Assembly: GCF_018350175.1 (NCBI RefSeq)
Contig: NC_058369.1
Coordinates: forward strand, 12,030,001 to 12,094,000
DNA from: Felis catus
Lineage: Eukaryota
Reading direction: 5' to 3'
DNA: 64,000 bases
Shown here: one piece after another, positions 1 through 12,300 of the stretch
Position numbering within the stretch: position 1 is the stretch's first letter
Layout: each line of letters begins with the position of its first letter
The notes under the pieces: model-generated
Told to the model about the DNA's origin: nothing
The model's input: only the letters and a program-made list of their open reading frames with translations
The model's database searches: none
Program-made: the position numbers and the translations under genes

Positions 1-540
1 GTCCTCTTCCCTCCTGCTGTCTCCAAACTGGACGTTCTTTCTAGCTGAGATTTTTTTATTTTTCCAGATCTGTAGTGCCATGAAGTGATTCCGTCTTTGA
101 TTTCCAGCGGCAGACCCAGGTGCTTGGGAGCCCGTGCGCACCTCTGGCCGGACGTGGCCAAGAGCGTGAGGCCGCGCTCGGCGCTGGCCGAGGCCCAAGG
201 CGACAGGCTGGCCGCATAGCAGTCGGAGTTGGTTTTTAGCTGCCGTCACCAGGTTCTGTTGTGACAGCTCTGCCCTCCTGTAGAGACTGTGCAATTGGAC
301 CAGGTAGCCAGGTCGGAGAGGCGTCACCAGGGAGCTTTTATTTTTTCTTATCCTTCCCCCCACTCCCCGCCCCACCCCAAGCTGCTGTCAGTCCAAGCCA
401 TTGGCGTTGTAGTTTCTTCTTTTTGGAATTAAAACCAACATACCAGCAATAGTCTGCTCTCCCCTGAAATTTCTTAACATGCTCTGTTTACATTGATAAA
501 TGCACTTAAGGAAAACAAACAAATTAAAGCTCGTTTTAAA
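1..540 (+). other. RAB8A: Probable terminal part of RAB8A 3' UTR
   Basis: No coding exon in window. ATTAAA at 428-433 and 523-528 followed by a U-rich tract (550-563). Identity inferred only from conserved synteny (RAB8A lies directly upstream of HSH2D in human). Confidence 0.5.
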
Positions 541-734
541 GTTAACGAATTTTTTTTTTTTTTACAGCTTATCTTAGTTCTTTCCTTAGTTTTAATTTCA
601 TCAGTAAAATCATAGATTGGACTAGATCAGCGTTAACGGATTTTTACGTCCACACGTTCCCTGCAGGTACGCAGCTGTGGCCAGGTGTTGGGTCCGGGGT
701 CCTCAGGATGCCCGTTAATTTAAAAGACAGGCCT

Positions 735-884
735 GGGGGCGCCTGGGTGGCTCATCCGGCAAACCGCCCAACCCTTTATTTCGGCTCAGGTCATCATCTC
801 GTGGTTTGTAAGGTCAAGCCCCAGATCAGGCTCTGCACCGATGGCACGGAGCCTGCTTGGGATTCTCACTCTCCCTCTCTCTCT
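735..884 (+). mobile_element. CAN-SINE (SINEC), 3'-truncated
   Basis: GGGGCGCCTGGGTGGCTCA head, tRNA-derived body, (CT)n tract, no A tail. Confidence 0.8.
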
Positions 885-1244
885 GGATGGCGGATCTCAG
901 CCTGGGATAGACACATGTCACTGAGGGATCGGCTGCTGTCAGCATCGTGCTCATCATCGTTATTATTAGCATCGCTATTTGTTTTGCTCCCCAAGAGCAG
1001 AACCCACTTCTGTTTTTCACATCTCGTCTCTTAACGGGGCACAAGTCACATAAATAGCTCACGGCTCTGAGCTGTATTTGCCCCATGATGCTCCATGTCT
1101 GCACCTGTTGCCCCCCTCCCCCCCCGCCCCCGCCGAGTCAGGCTGGGGTCCCGGAACCTCCATCCTCCTGCCTTAGACCCGGCCTTTTGCTGAGAGGAGC
1201 TTTGATGCAGTGGCAGACAGGGAGAGATGACTCCTCGACTTTCT

Positions 1245-1690
1245 TCTTTTTTTTTTTAATAACGGCTTTATTGAGATCTAATCCACCCACCGAACCGTCC
1301 ACCCACCGAAGTGCAATTAAGCGGCTTTCAGCATATTCACAGCGATGTGCCGCCATCCCTGCGGTCCATTTTAACACATTCTCCTCACTCGGTCCCCATG
1401 AGCTGTCACTCCCCAGACCCCCTCCTCCAGCCTTCTGGCAACCATTAGTCTTTCTGTCTCTGGATTTGCCTGTTCTGGACACTCCATATAAACGGGATCG
1501 TACGCGATGTGGCCTTTTGTGTCTGGCTTCTTTCACTCAGCATAGTTTTCTAGGTCCATCATGTAGCACATGTGAAGACTGCTTTGCACGGCCGAATAAT
1601 AATCCGTTGAAAGGATGGACCACAGTTTTTTAATCTAGTCATCCGTTGATGGACATCCGGTTATGTCCACTCTTTGGACACCTCAATTGT
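1245..1690 (-). mobile_element. Old L1 3'-end fragment
   Basis: Poly-T start followed by typical antisense L1M 3' UTR text (ttttgtgtctggcttctttcactcagcatag, tcatccgttgatggacat). Confidence 0.7.
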
Positions 1691-4315
1691 TGTCTGTTCC
1701 ACGGGTGTGCCCGGTTTCTTCCTGCCACAGGGCCTTTGCCCTTGCTGTTCCCACTTGTGCAAGCCTGGCCTGCATGTGGACTTGCGCGACAACCGTCTCC
1801 CCGTGGACTGTGGGCTCCAGCAGGGCAGGGACAGTGCCTGTCTTGTCTTCTCCATCCTTAGCATCTAGCATGGTGCCCACAGTTGGGGCTCAGCCAATGT
1901 TTGTGGAGAGAATGAATTAACAAATAGAATGAAAGCATTGTGGGACGAATAGAACGGTTGAAAACACAGAAAGCTCAGCGTTGGCAGAGCCTGGCTGTCC
2001 CACCCCCGCATGTCCCCAGGACTGAGAAGGCACTGTGGTCCCTACCCAGAGAGCCACCCCACATGGGGCCATGGAAGTCCTACTCACCAGCTGGGGCCTC
2101 GAGTGAAAAGCCCAGAATGTGGCACAAGAGAGGAAGGGCCTTGGAGTCCCAGCCCCATATCTCGTGGCTGGCTGGTCCTTTCCTAGAAGTCCCTCTAGGG
2201 GCCACCTGCCCGTTCACGGTTTTGAGGACTGTGGTCACCAAGGGCTGAGGGTTGATTCTGTTGTGACATGCTCGGGGGAGGCCTTTACTGTGTGTAAGAC
2301 CACATGCCCCGAGCAGGTCAAGGTAATCAGAATGGAGCCTTCTGTGGTGGGGCCTCAGCTGGCCAGGCTAGAAGTGGCCTGAGACACCCTACGTTTCTGG
2401 AGACTGAACTTCGTGCAAATGAGACCCCCATGGCCAGGCTTTTTAAAGTGACAGCGCCTCTAGGACAGGCGCGTGCCCCCCACCCCCACCCCTGGGGCAC
2501 GGGGTGGGGAGGCCACTGACCCTGGACCAGGGCGATGGGCCCGAGGAGAGGCCCCCAGCTCAGCCCCTTTCTGCCTGAAAGAGAAGGAAGTGGTTTTGCC
2601 CATGTGCTGGGGAAGGAGCTGTAGCACACATCCGGGGCTGCCTGACCCGTTCAGCGCTATTTCCTCCACGCAGGGCCCACATTGTGTGTAGGGCTCCCCA
2701 GACCGTTGCGGTGTTTTAAAATCAGAAGGAAAAAAAAAAATGAATACAATCATAGTGAGCATATAATAACGAATCCAGCCTGGACTCTCTGGGTCTCAGT
2801 GCCAACGCGGTCATAAAATACCATTTTAGAGACGGTGCTTTGTTTCATTACAGAGGACAGCACAATGTGGCCCCAGCCTGTCCAGGCCTGACGCTGCCTC
2901 AGAGCCTCCTCCTAGAGCCCTCTCTTTTTGCACCCCTCAAGCAAGTGAACTCCTCTCTGTCCCTAAGTGCCGCTTCCTCCCGATCACCGAAGCCCCCTCT
3001 GAGGTTCTTGCAACTCCCGTTCCCCCTTCCAGCAGTCTGTCTGCTCTGAGACATTAGCAATTAATTTCTTATTCTTCATTGCTGGCTAGAGTCTGGAAGC
3101 CAGGAGGGTGGGGCTTGCACCTCTTGGGATCACCTCTCTGTCCCCCGAGGATCTGGCACACAGTAGGTGCTCAATAAAGGCTGGTCACGGTCTTCACAGA
3201 GCAGGGACCTCCCTCCACCTGCAGCTCAGCAGTTCTGTGGACTGCGGACAGCACTTGCGACCAGGTTTGTCCTGGTCCCGCCCCTGGGGCTCACCTGCTT
3301 AAGGAAACAGGAACAGCCTGGGGGCAGCAGCCCCACCCCCGCTGACGTGCAGACCCTGAACCGAAACCCGAGGTTCCTGCAGGCTCCCTGCACAGCGAGA
3401 GTGAGAGCCTCGGCTGCCCAGGGGTCTCCCAGGTACGTGCCCGGGTGGGGATCCCTCAGCCAGCCACGTGCTCACTTCTGTGCCTGCCCCCTGCCGGGTG
3501 AGCCCGGGACCCCAAGAGCCTCAGCCCCATCCCAGACCTCTAGAAGACAGAGCATGGGGCCCAGGTGGGGCCAGAAGGAGGGACAGGGCTGGCAGAGGCC
3601 AGAAAAGCGGGAGGAATTTTCAGTTTCCTTTGAACAATGGAGCCGGAAAAAGGGCTTTCCTGGCAGGGGAACAGCATGGGTGAAGGCGTGGAGGGGAAGA
3701 GAGCTTGGTCAGTTTCGAGTAGAGCGAGGATGTCCTTAGGGCTGTAATACGGGGGCAAGGAGATAGGGGAGCCGCAATGCCAGGGTCAGGAGCTTGAAAC
3801 TTAGTGCAGATTCATTCAGCCCTAGACAGTTATTCCTCAGCAGACACCCTGCCCCCTCGCTGTCCCTGCCCAGCGCCAGGTAGTGCTGGGGACCCAGAAA
3901 AATCTGAAAGAAGCTAGCCCTGGGCCCCCCGTCCCTAGAGGCCCTTAATAGGGGGGAGACAGAGCCAGACACAATGCTTTGTGCAAGTCTCAGCCTTGGG
4001 GGCGCTCACCTAGGCCTCCTGAGCTAACCACACATATCACCCCTTGCCAAACCAATTACAGCTGGATGGACCCCTGTGGTCATGACCACAAGCTGCACAT
4101 CAGCAAGAACCCTCTGGAAACTCTGAAGAAAGAAAATCTATTGCTTGCCAGCCCCGGAGCGTACAAGATAAGCAGGTGAGTAGCCAGTAGACAGAAAGCC
4201 AGCACACATGTGCCTGGAGCTCTGCTTGTATTGGGGGCGAGGGTGGGGGCCGAGGGTTTCTGGGGCTCACCCCCTATTGGTGAATTTAAAACATAAGAGA
4301 ATTTAAAGCGTGGGA

Positions 4316-4343
4316 AGAGAGAGAGGGAGAGAAAGAGAGAGAG

Positions 4344-4390
<47 letters not shown>

Positions 4391-4424
4391 AAAGAAAGAA
4401 AAGAGAAAGAAAGAAAAGAAAGAA

Positions 4425-4484
<60 letters not shown>

Positions 4485-4510
4485 AAAGAAAGAAAAGAAA
4501 GAAAAGAAGG
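4316..4510 (+). repeat. (GA)n/(GAAA)n compound purine microsatellite, ~195 bp
   Basis: Directly visible. Confidence 0.98.
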
Positions 4511-5221
4511 GAAAATAAAAAGCAACCCAATGACCAGTTACCTAAATCAACCAGGATCTTTAAAATAAAGGAGCCTGGTGGTGGGGACTTGGTGGGGGAA
4601 GGGGAGACGGGGAGCATCCTGGCTCTTTATCTAGTTCTGTGGCTGGCAATGTGTTTATCCCAGATAGACTTCATCCAGTTAAAGCCGATGACTTAGCAGT
4701 CAAAGCTTAAGTCAGGCACTTGCGGTAGAGAAAGAAAAGCCAACTGTCAAGGCTTCCACTGAACACAGACACTTGAGCTCCAGGAGGCAAAGCTTAGGTA
4801 GGAGCAGAGGAGAAAATGGGAGACAGAGAAGGGCGCCAGGGCTTTGACTAAGAGAAGAGACAGGAAAGCTGCCTGGAGGAGGGGATATTTTTGCTGGGTC
4901 TTAAAGGATATGTAGGAGTTCTCCCAGGTAGAAAAAAGAACAAACCTATGTACATAACCCCATGCTAGCCATTACTGGATTCATGAATATTTATTATACA
5001 CATCCAGTGCTTAGTTCTGTACCACCTGTACTTTCCCAGCTAAATATCATGTCCCCAAGCTACAGATGAAAATAAAGGCACAGAGGTGTTAAGTGACTTA
5101 CCCAAGGTCACACAGCAGCTAAGTTGGGGAGCTGGGGCTTGAGCCCAGGCTATCTGGCTCTGATTCCAGGTTCATTAATTGCTTTGTCACCCTGCTTTAT
5201 TAAATGCTTTCTTCTTCTGTT

Positions 5222-5420
5222 TGTTTTTTTTTAATGTTTATTTATTTTTGACAGAGAGAAACAGAGCACAGCAGGGGAGGGGCAAAGAGAGAGGGAGACA
5301 AAGAACCCAAAGCAGGCTCCAGGCTCTGAGCCATCAGCACAGAGCCTGATGCGGGGCTCCAATCCACGAACCATGAGCCGAAGTCCAGACACTTAACCGA
5401 CTGAGCCACCCAGGCACCCC
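5222..5420 (-). mobile_element. CAN-SINE with TSD
   Basis: Antisense SINEC. TSD TATTAAATG(C/T)TTTCTT at 5198-5213 and 5421-5436. Confidence 0.9.
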
Positions 5421-5812
5421 TATTAAATGTTTTCTTAATAGTTCTCTTTAATTTTACTTGTCCCAGAATTCTTTGGGCCTCCCCTTGGAGGGCAGTCTCA
5501 GCATCTGTCTTCAGGTAGAAGAAAGTCAATATTGACAGAGTTAGTCAATATGTCCCCACCCTCTGGAAATAGTAACAACGACCTTCTGAAATATTAAAAC
5601 ATTAGATAGGGCCAGGGTGGAGGGGTGGGCCAAGTTAGGGACACGGTTAAGGGTGAGCATAAAGGGTCATGAGCAGACCATCCAGGAGGGCTTGACCCCA
5701 TTGCTGGTTTTGCATTGATTTGATACTCTTGTAAATCGGTACTATTATTTTTCTCCTTGTCATTGGCTCACAAAGTCCGGTGTTACCTTGAGCTTAAAAC
5801 TGTCAAGAACTC

Positions 5813-6026
5813 GGGGCGCCTGAGTGGCTCAGTCAGTTGAGCATCCAACTTCAGCTCGGGTCATGATCTCACAGTCTGTGGGTTCGAGCCCCATGTCGGG
5901 CTCTGTGCTGACAGCTCGGAGCCTGGAGCCTGCTTCGGATTCTGTGTCTCCCTCTCTGTCTGCCCCTCCCCTGCTCATGCTCTGTCTCTCTCTGTCTCTG
6001 TCAAAAATAAATAAACTTAAAAAAAA
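5813..6026 (+). mobile_element. CAN-SINE
   Basis: Full head, body, (CT)n and A tail. Confidence 0.9.
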
Positions 6027-6207
6027 TTTTTTTTAAAGGAAGAAAGAAAGAAACACAAGCCAGTGTCAAGCCCCTTGCCCTGGCCAGCTAGAGGACTTGT
6101 CAAAGGAGGAGGCACCAAGAACTGTAATAGAGCAAAGTATGGGGGGTGGACCAGGCGTGACTCTCTCTTCTCTCTCCTGCTGCCAGGTAACTGCTCCCCA
6201 GGAAGCC

Positions 6208-6332
6208 ATGAACGAAGCCGGAAAGCTGCCCCCGCCATTGCCCCCACGACTGGACTGGTTCGTGCAGACGCAGGTGGGCCAGCTGGCCCAAGGAGGGGTC
6301 CCTGCATGGTTCCATGGTGCCATCTCGAGAGA
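6208..6332 (+). CDS. HSH2D: HSH2D coding exon 1
   Basis: GCCATGA start; MNEAGK..GAISRE; donor GTGAGG at 6333. Confidence 0.95.
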
Positions 6333-9300
6333 GTGAGGACACACCCGTACCTTCTACCCTGCCCTTCACCCTCTTTCCTTGCCTGGGCGGGTTTTCTGCA
6401 GGATTCTGGGCTCAGCTCAGCTCCGGGTGTTAAGAGAGTAAAAAAGGAGCCCTCAGGCCCTTGACGCTTGAACCCTGCCTCTTCTGTGGACTCACTGGGT
6501 GACCAGGGCAAGTTACTTCCCATCTCTGGACCTCAGCTTTCTCTCCACAAGTGCCCACCACCCCAGCACTGCCAGGCACCTCTCCCCCAAGGCCAGGCAT
6601 CACCAAGCAATGCTGGCAGGGTGCAGCCTCAGAATCCTTCTTCACACAGGGCCCCCAAACAGCTGCTCTCTCTCAATGCATCAGGGACATGAGCAGCATG
6701 TCCACACCGGACAGAGTTCTGGACTTTCCACACTGGGCTGCGTTCTGAGGCCATGAACAAACTCACCTCATTAGTCACCCACTTGGTTCCAAATGAACGG
6801 AGAAAAGACTGCGTATGGCCTCCCTTGGCGTGCGGGAAATTGAGAGAACATTGTGAAAGCCACCGAGAGGACGAAGCAGGCATTGTCTCTGAGGTCTGGG
6901 GTGTGCCAGTAGGGATACAATGTGAGCCACACGTTGTAATTTTAAAGCTTTTAGTAGCTAGAGCAAAAGAAGTAAAAAGAAACAGGTGGCATTCGTTTTG
7001 ATCCTATCTTTTATTCCACCCAGTATCATTTCAATAGGAGTACTCAGAACTCATCGATAATTTAGTAAGCACTCCTTTATCTTGTACTAAGTGCTCAAAA
7101 TCTGGTGTCGTAGGCTGAACGGACATCTTGATTCGGACCAGCCACATTTCAAGTGCTCAGTAGCTACCCATAGTCAGGATTAGCTGGGGTTCATAGGCTC
7201 CCCAGCTTGTCCCGTAGAAGGCCACCTTCCTGTCTGTGATCCCCAGATAATAGGAGTAGTAATCATAGCATTTGGTGAGCAATTCTCACGCTCGTGTTCC
7301 ACGCATTTGATCTGCTCTCCCGTCAGTCCTGGGAGTGAGGGTTTTACTTTCCCCTTGGGGAAGCTGAAGGTCAGAAAGGGACTGATGTCAGGTGCCACAC
7401 GGCGGATGAGCAGCAGAGCTGGGGTCTGAATTCCAACGCGTCGGAGAACAGGCATTGTCACCTACGACACCTTGATCCACCCAAAGATGCCTTCGTGGGG
7501 GTATTTTAGGCATTGGGAAGGCAGGCAGGGGCTGTGGGGGATGGGAGCAAGTCTGTCCTGGGGTCAAGGTCATCAGAGGCCTCCCGCCACAGCTGGGAAC
7601 ACCCCTGCCCCTGAACGTCCCAAGGTCTGAAACAGCTGAGAAGAAAACACGATTTTAGGTTTGTTCAGTACCGGGATGACAGGTGCACCAGGAGTCTGGC
7701 CGGTACGCGGGACAGCTGGGTCACAGTCATCTCCCTCCCGCGTGTGTTCTTCCAGGGATGCCGAGAGTTTGCTGGAGTCACAGCCGCTGGGATCTTTTCT
7801 CATCAGGGTCAGTCACAGCCACGTGGGCTACACGCTGTCCTACAAGTAAGGCCTGGGCAAGGGACGAGGGAGGGGGCAGGAGGGCTCCCGGGCTTCCTCG
7901 GAGGGGGCAAGGGGTGCTTCATGCCACAGCGTCTCAGAGAGCAACTGGTGAAAAGTTCTGGCCAGCTCTGGCTGCAATGTGCAGCTACAGGGCTGGCTGT
8001 AACCAGCATATGGAGGCTTGGTGGTAACTGAGCCTGTGTGTCTGAAAACAGGGGCTGCTGGGAGCCCAAGAGTGGCTACTGCCCTCGCCTAACCAGCCCC
8101 CCCCCCCGCCCCCATCTACCTGGCAACTCTCTGACTCCACCCAGAGGGACGTGTCAGGGAAACTCAGGGCAGTCCAGCTCCTTAAGGCCTCAAGAGCTGA
8201 TCTGGCATCTCAGAAGATTCAGCTGCACTGACTACTTTTCAAAAGGATTCTAGGCCAGAGGAATAAAAAATCCAATGGCCCCACAACAGAGTGGCCCACA
8301 GGGAGAAAAGCTTAGGGCCTGAGTCACACAGTCAAAGGCTTAGCTGTGTGACCTAGGACGAGTTACTCAACCTATCTGTGCCTCCCTCAAAGTCCTCGTC
8401 TCTAATATAGGAATGCTAAAATCAATTCAGAGTCTCGATGCGGAAATTAAATATGATATAGTAAGCACATAGTGGGCCGTTAATAAGTGCATCCATTCAT
8501 TAACAGAGCATTTATCAAGCACCTGCTGTGTGCCAGGCATACAGCCTTAGCCTGGGGCCTGACTCAAATTGTCATTATTATCATTTCCGTTGATCATGTG
8601 ACCCTAGCCAGGCATCAAGCTAAGCTTTTGTCTGCAGTAGCTTATTCCACTTTTGTAAGAACCCCGGAGGTTAGCCTTGGTAGCCCCAGGTTATAGATGG
8701 GGAAACTGAGGCATGGTGCGGTTAGTCACTTACCGAGTGTCGCATGGCTAAAAAGCACAGAAGGCTAATGGGAGCCTGAACAGCTGGTGCTGGCGGCTCG
8801 AGGGCTGGGAGACGGGGACGGAAGGAGGAGGAACGGAATTTCCCAGCCCCAGCAGTGTCTCCGCAGAGCCCAAAGCTGCTGCCGCCACTTCATGGTGAAG
8901 CTGTTGGACGATGGGAGCTTCATGATCCCTGGGGAGGAGAGGGTCCATGCCTCACTGCACGCCCTGGTCACCTTCCACCAGCAGCGGCCTATGCGGCCAC
9001 ACGGGGACCTGCTGACACAGCCCTGTGGGCAGGTGAGGGTTGTGACCCCCGCGGGTCATAGCCGCCCCCGCCCCCTGCTGGGGCCAAGCCCCCAGATTCA
9101 TTCCCACTCATCCCATCCAGCCTCTTGTGTTTCTGTCACTCTCGTGGTCCCTGTCCTCCCACGGCCCCACCCCTCCTGCCTTGTACCCCGCCCGCACCCC
9201 CCCCCCCAGGTCCCCAAGCTAATTTTTCCAAGGGCTCATGTGCGGGTGGCGAGGGGTATAACCTTGGCTGATCTATAGGAAAAGAGTATTTCCCTATAAG

Positions 9301-12300
9301 GCTTATGGCGGGGGTAGAGGGGTCTAGCCCTCAAAAGCCAGCGTGGGAGGGGCATGCTTCCTGACCAGGGCCGTGGGCAAGGCAGCTCCTGAGGCCACCA
9401 CCCCCAGTTTGTCCGGGACCACCACGTCCCCCTCCTTGGGGCGGAGCTGCAAGTCCCCTCTGCCCCGCAGAAGGATCCAGAGAACGTGGATTATGAGGAT
9501 CTCTTCCTTTACTCCTATGCATTGACTGAGGAAGTCACCAGCCCCACCCATGGCCCCAGCAAACATCAGAACCCTTCCTCCTGTTCCACGGTTGCACCTG
9601 AGGAGGTATGTGACAGAAAGCTGGCATCTCTCACACGGGAGGGGCAGGAGCAGCGGTGGCCAACAGCTACCAGAGGAGACTTTCTAGAACGACAATTAGA
9701 TCCTATAGCTCCAACTAAAGAAGCTTCCGGTGATTTTGCAGGACCCTGCAACTAAAATCCTGGCCCAGTTCCAGCCCCTCTGCTATCCTTTCTGCTGTTC
9801 AGACACATCAAGCTAACCTCGGGGACTTTGCATGTGCTGGTCCCACCCCAAGACCTTTGCACATGTTGGTGGCACCCACCCCAGGGCCTTTGCACATGCT
9901 GTGTGCACTCTGCCCCCAGATTTCCTATGCCCGGCTTCTTTCTTCAATTCCTCAAGTGTCTCCCTCCCCAGCTCCAGGCTGAAAGTAATCCTCTCTGCAT
10001 TTGCCATCCCATCACCCTGTTTACGCACTGCAGAGCACTCCTCCCGATATACAACGTCTTGTTTATTTGTTGGCTTTCATGTTTCCTGTCTGCCTTCCCT
10101 ATCAGACCGTGAGCTCTGAGAGACCTGGGAATCTGTCTGGCTAGCTTATCCACCTTGTCTCGTGCACATGCCTAAGTGCTCCACTAATGAATCTGTGGAG
10201 TAGGTGAAGGAATAAATGAACGAATCCCATCTCCTCAGGGCTGGTTGGACCCTCAGGAGCCCCTAACCCCCCACACAGCAGGGAAATTCCAGCAGCAGTG
10301 GAAATCAAACAGGCCAGTGCAATGAACATCAGCGGGTGTGGGGCTAAAGTGTGAAGGGAGCAGTCAGGGAAGACCTCCCAGAGGAGATGGCCTAGGGCTG
10401 GGACATGCAGGATAAGGAGGAGTCAGCCACACACAGAGATGCAGGGAGGGTGTTTCAGGCAGGGAAGAGAGCACATGCAAAGGTCCTGAGGCTCTGTATG
10501 TTTGGAAAACAAAAGAACAACAAAAGCCAGTGTGCGGATGGAGTGCGGTGAGTGCAGAGGAGGTCACCGGGAAGTAAGGGGCCAGGATCAGGAGGAGACA
10601 ATCACGCAGGACCTCGGGGCCAGGGTGAGGACATGGGGTTCTTCTATTCCAGGTGTGCAGGGGGACCCGCCATGGGAGAGCCTGTGGCTGCCAGCTGCAG
10701 AAGGGGGTGCCTGGGGGCAATGGTAGAGGTGGCAGGAAGGAGGCAGGGACTGTCCAGGTGGGAGGGACCGGGAAAAGATCTCTAGGGGTGGAACAAGAAG
10801 ATATTTGGGACATTTTGGAAGGGAGCTTGCCGATGGCTTGGAGGGGGAGGGGGAGGAGAAGCTGGACGTTGTCGTGGTTTGAGTCCCTGGGCCCTCCATT
10901 GTTTGGGAGGTGATCCCAGGAAGGACCACAGGGGGAGCCAATGAAGGGCGTCTTAGCGAACAGGTTCCCCTGTAGGCAACCAGGGCTCAGTCTCCCGGGG
11001 AAGTCTGGGACCCTGCGTGGAACTGGGCACTTCAGTTATCCCACCCTAGGGGTGAGGAGCTGGGGTATTGATCCCCCAGCTTCCAGTAGCCACTGGTCAA
11101 GCGCTGTTCCTGGGAGAGTTTAATTCTCTGGCACTTGTGGCCTGCCGGTGTGGCCAAGGAATGACCCCAAGCAGAGTCCCCACTGCTGGCATTTGGGAGC
11201 GGAGCTGGGGGCGCCTGCGTGCCCAGGGCAGAGGGATACGGATGCGGCATTGTCGGCCATCTGCCACAAACGTCACCTGGTTTTGGCCTGAACAGCCGGG
11301 TAGATCAGGGGTCAGCAAACTAGGGCCCGAGGACCACATCTGGCCAGTTTCCGTATGGCCCTGCGTCCCGGTGGCCCATGAGCTGAGCGTGGCTTTCATG
11401 TTTTCGAAGAGTGTTGAAACAATTAAAACTAAAAGTAATATCTCATGCGATATTGTTTCGTGAAAGTCGGACGAAAGCCAAATTTCCACGTCCCTACGGT
11501 TTTCCTGGAGCGGGGGCACACGTTCTGGTCGATGTGCTATCCCTGGCCGCTTTGCTCCGCGACAGCAGAGCTGGGGAATGAGACAGAGGCCGTATGACCA
11601 ACGAACCTGGAAACGTTTGCCCTCTGGCCCCTTATGACAAAAGTTTGCCAATCCCTGGAGGGGGGGGGGGGGATAGTGAAGCTGGTTATGGGGATGGGAG
11701 AGATGGGGCGTGGGGTCAGGCTTGGGTTCACCTGGGGTCCTTCTCAGCCCCAAGATGCCTGAGTGGGACCCGTGTCCCAACCTCCAGGGCAGATTCAGAG
11801 GTTTGGCGGGCAGGATGGCCCCAGGTCTCACCTGCGCTTGGTTTCAGACCTCAGGAAGGCCCATCCTGCTCCATCGGCCAAAGGGAAGGAGGCCATCGGC
11901 AAAGACAAGCAGAGACCCCAAGGAGGAGGCCACTTCCTCCTGCCCCCCGAAAGCCCCCCTTGAGGAGGCCTGCCAGAAACTCTGGAGAAACTTCAGGATG
12001 CTCCCCGAGACGGGCAAGAGGTTCCAGCAGCAGCTGAAATCCCACTCGGCACCTGTGAACTTGTCGTCGCTCCGGAATGCTGGGCCACCGGCACTGGCAC
12101 ACAGCTCAGGGGCCAGGCCAGGTGACACACACTGGGAAGACGACGTCTCCACAGCCCGCTTTGCGGCCACGTCCCTCACAAGTCCCGCACAGTCCCAGGA
12201 TCTGAGAGATGGAGGTGACCCCTCCGGGAAGGCCTCAAGATTGGCCAGCGGGAGCAAGGTGACCCCGAGGGTCAGGAGTTGGCACCGAGTGGTAATGAGG

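Noticed and set aside
4286..4696. K/E/R-rich and F/L/S-rich ORFs (128, 104 and 79 aa)
   Set aside because: They are translations of the (GAAA)n microsatellite.
5824..6036. Recurrent [30 protein letters not shown] ORFs (also 17137, 26795, 31263, 32674, 50361, 52006)
   Set aside because: They are CAN-SINE consensus translations, not a protein family or repeat array.
11097..11831. 244-aa minus-strand ORF
   Set aside because: It spans a MER58 element in an HSH2D intron, with no recognisable domain or splice support.
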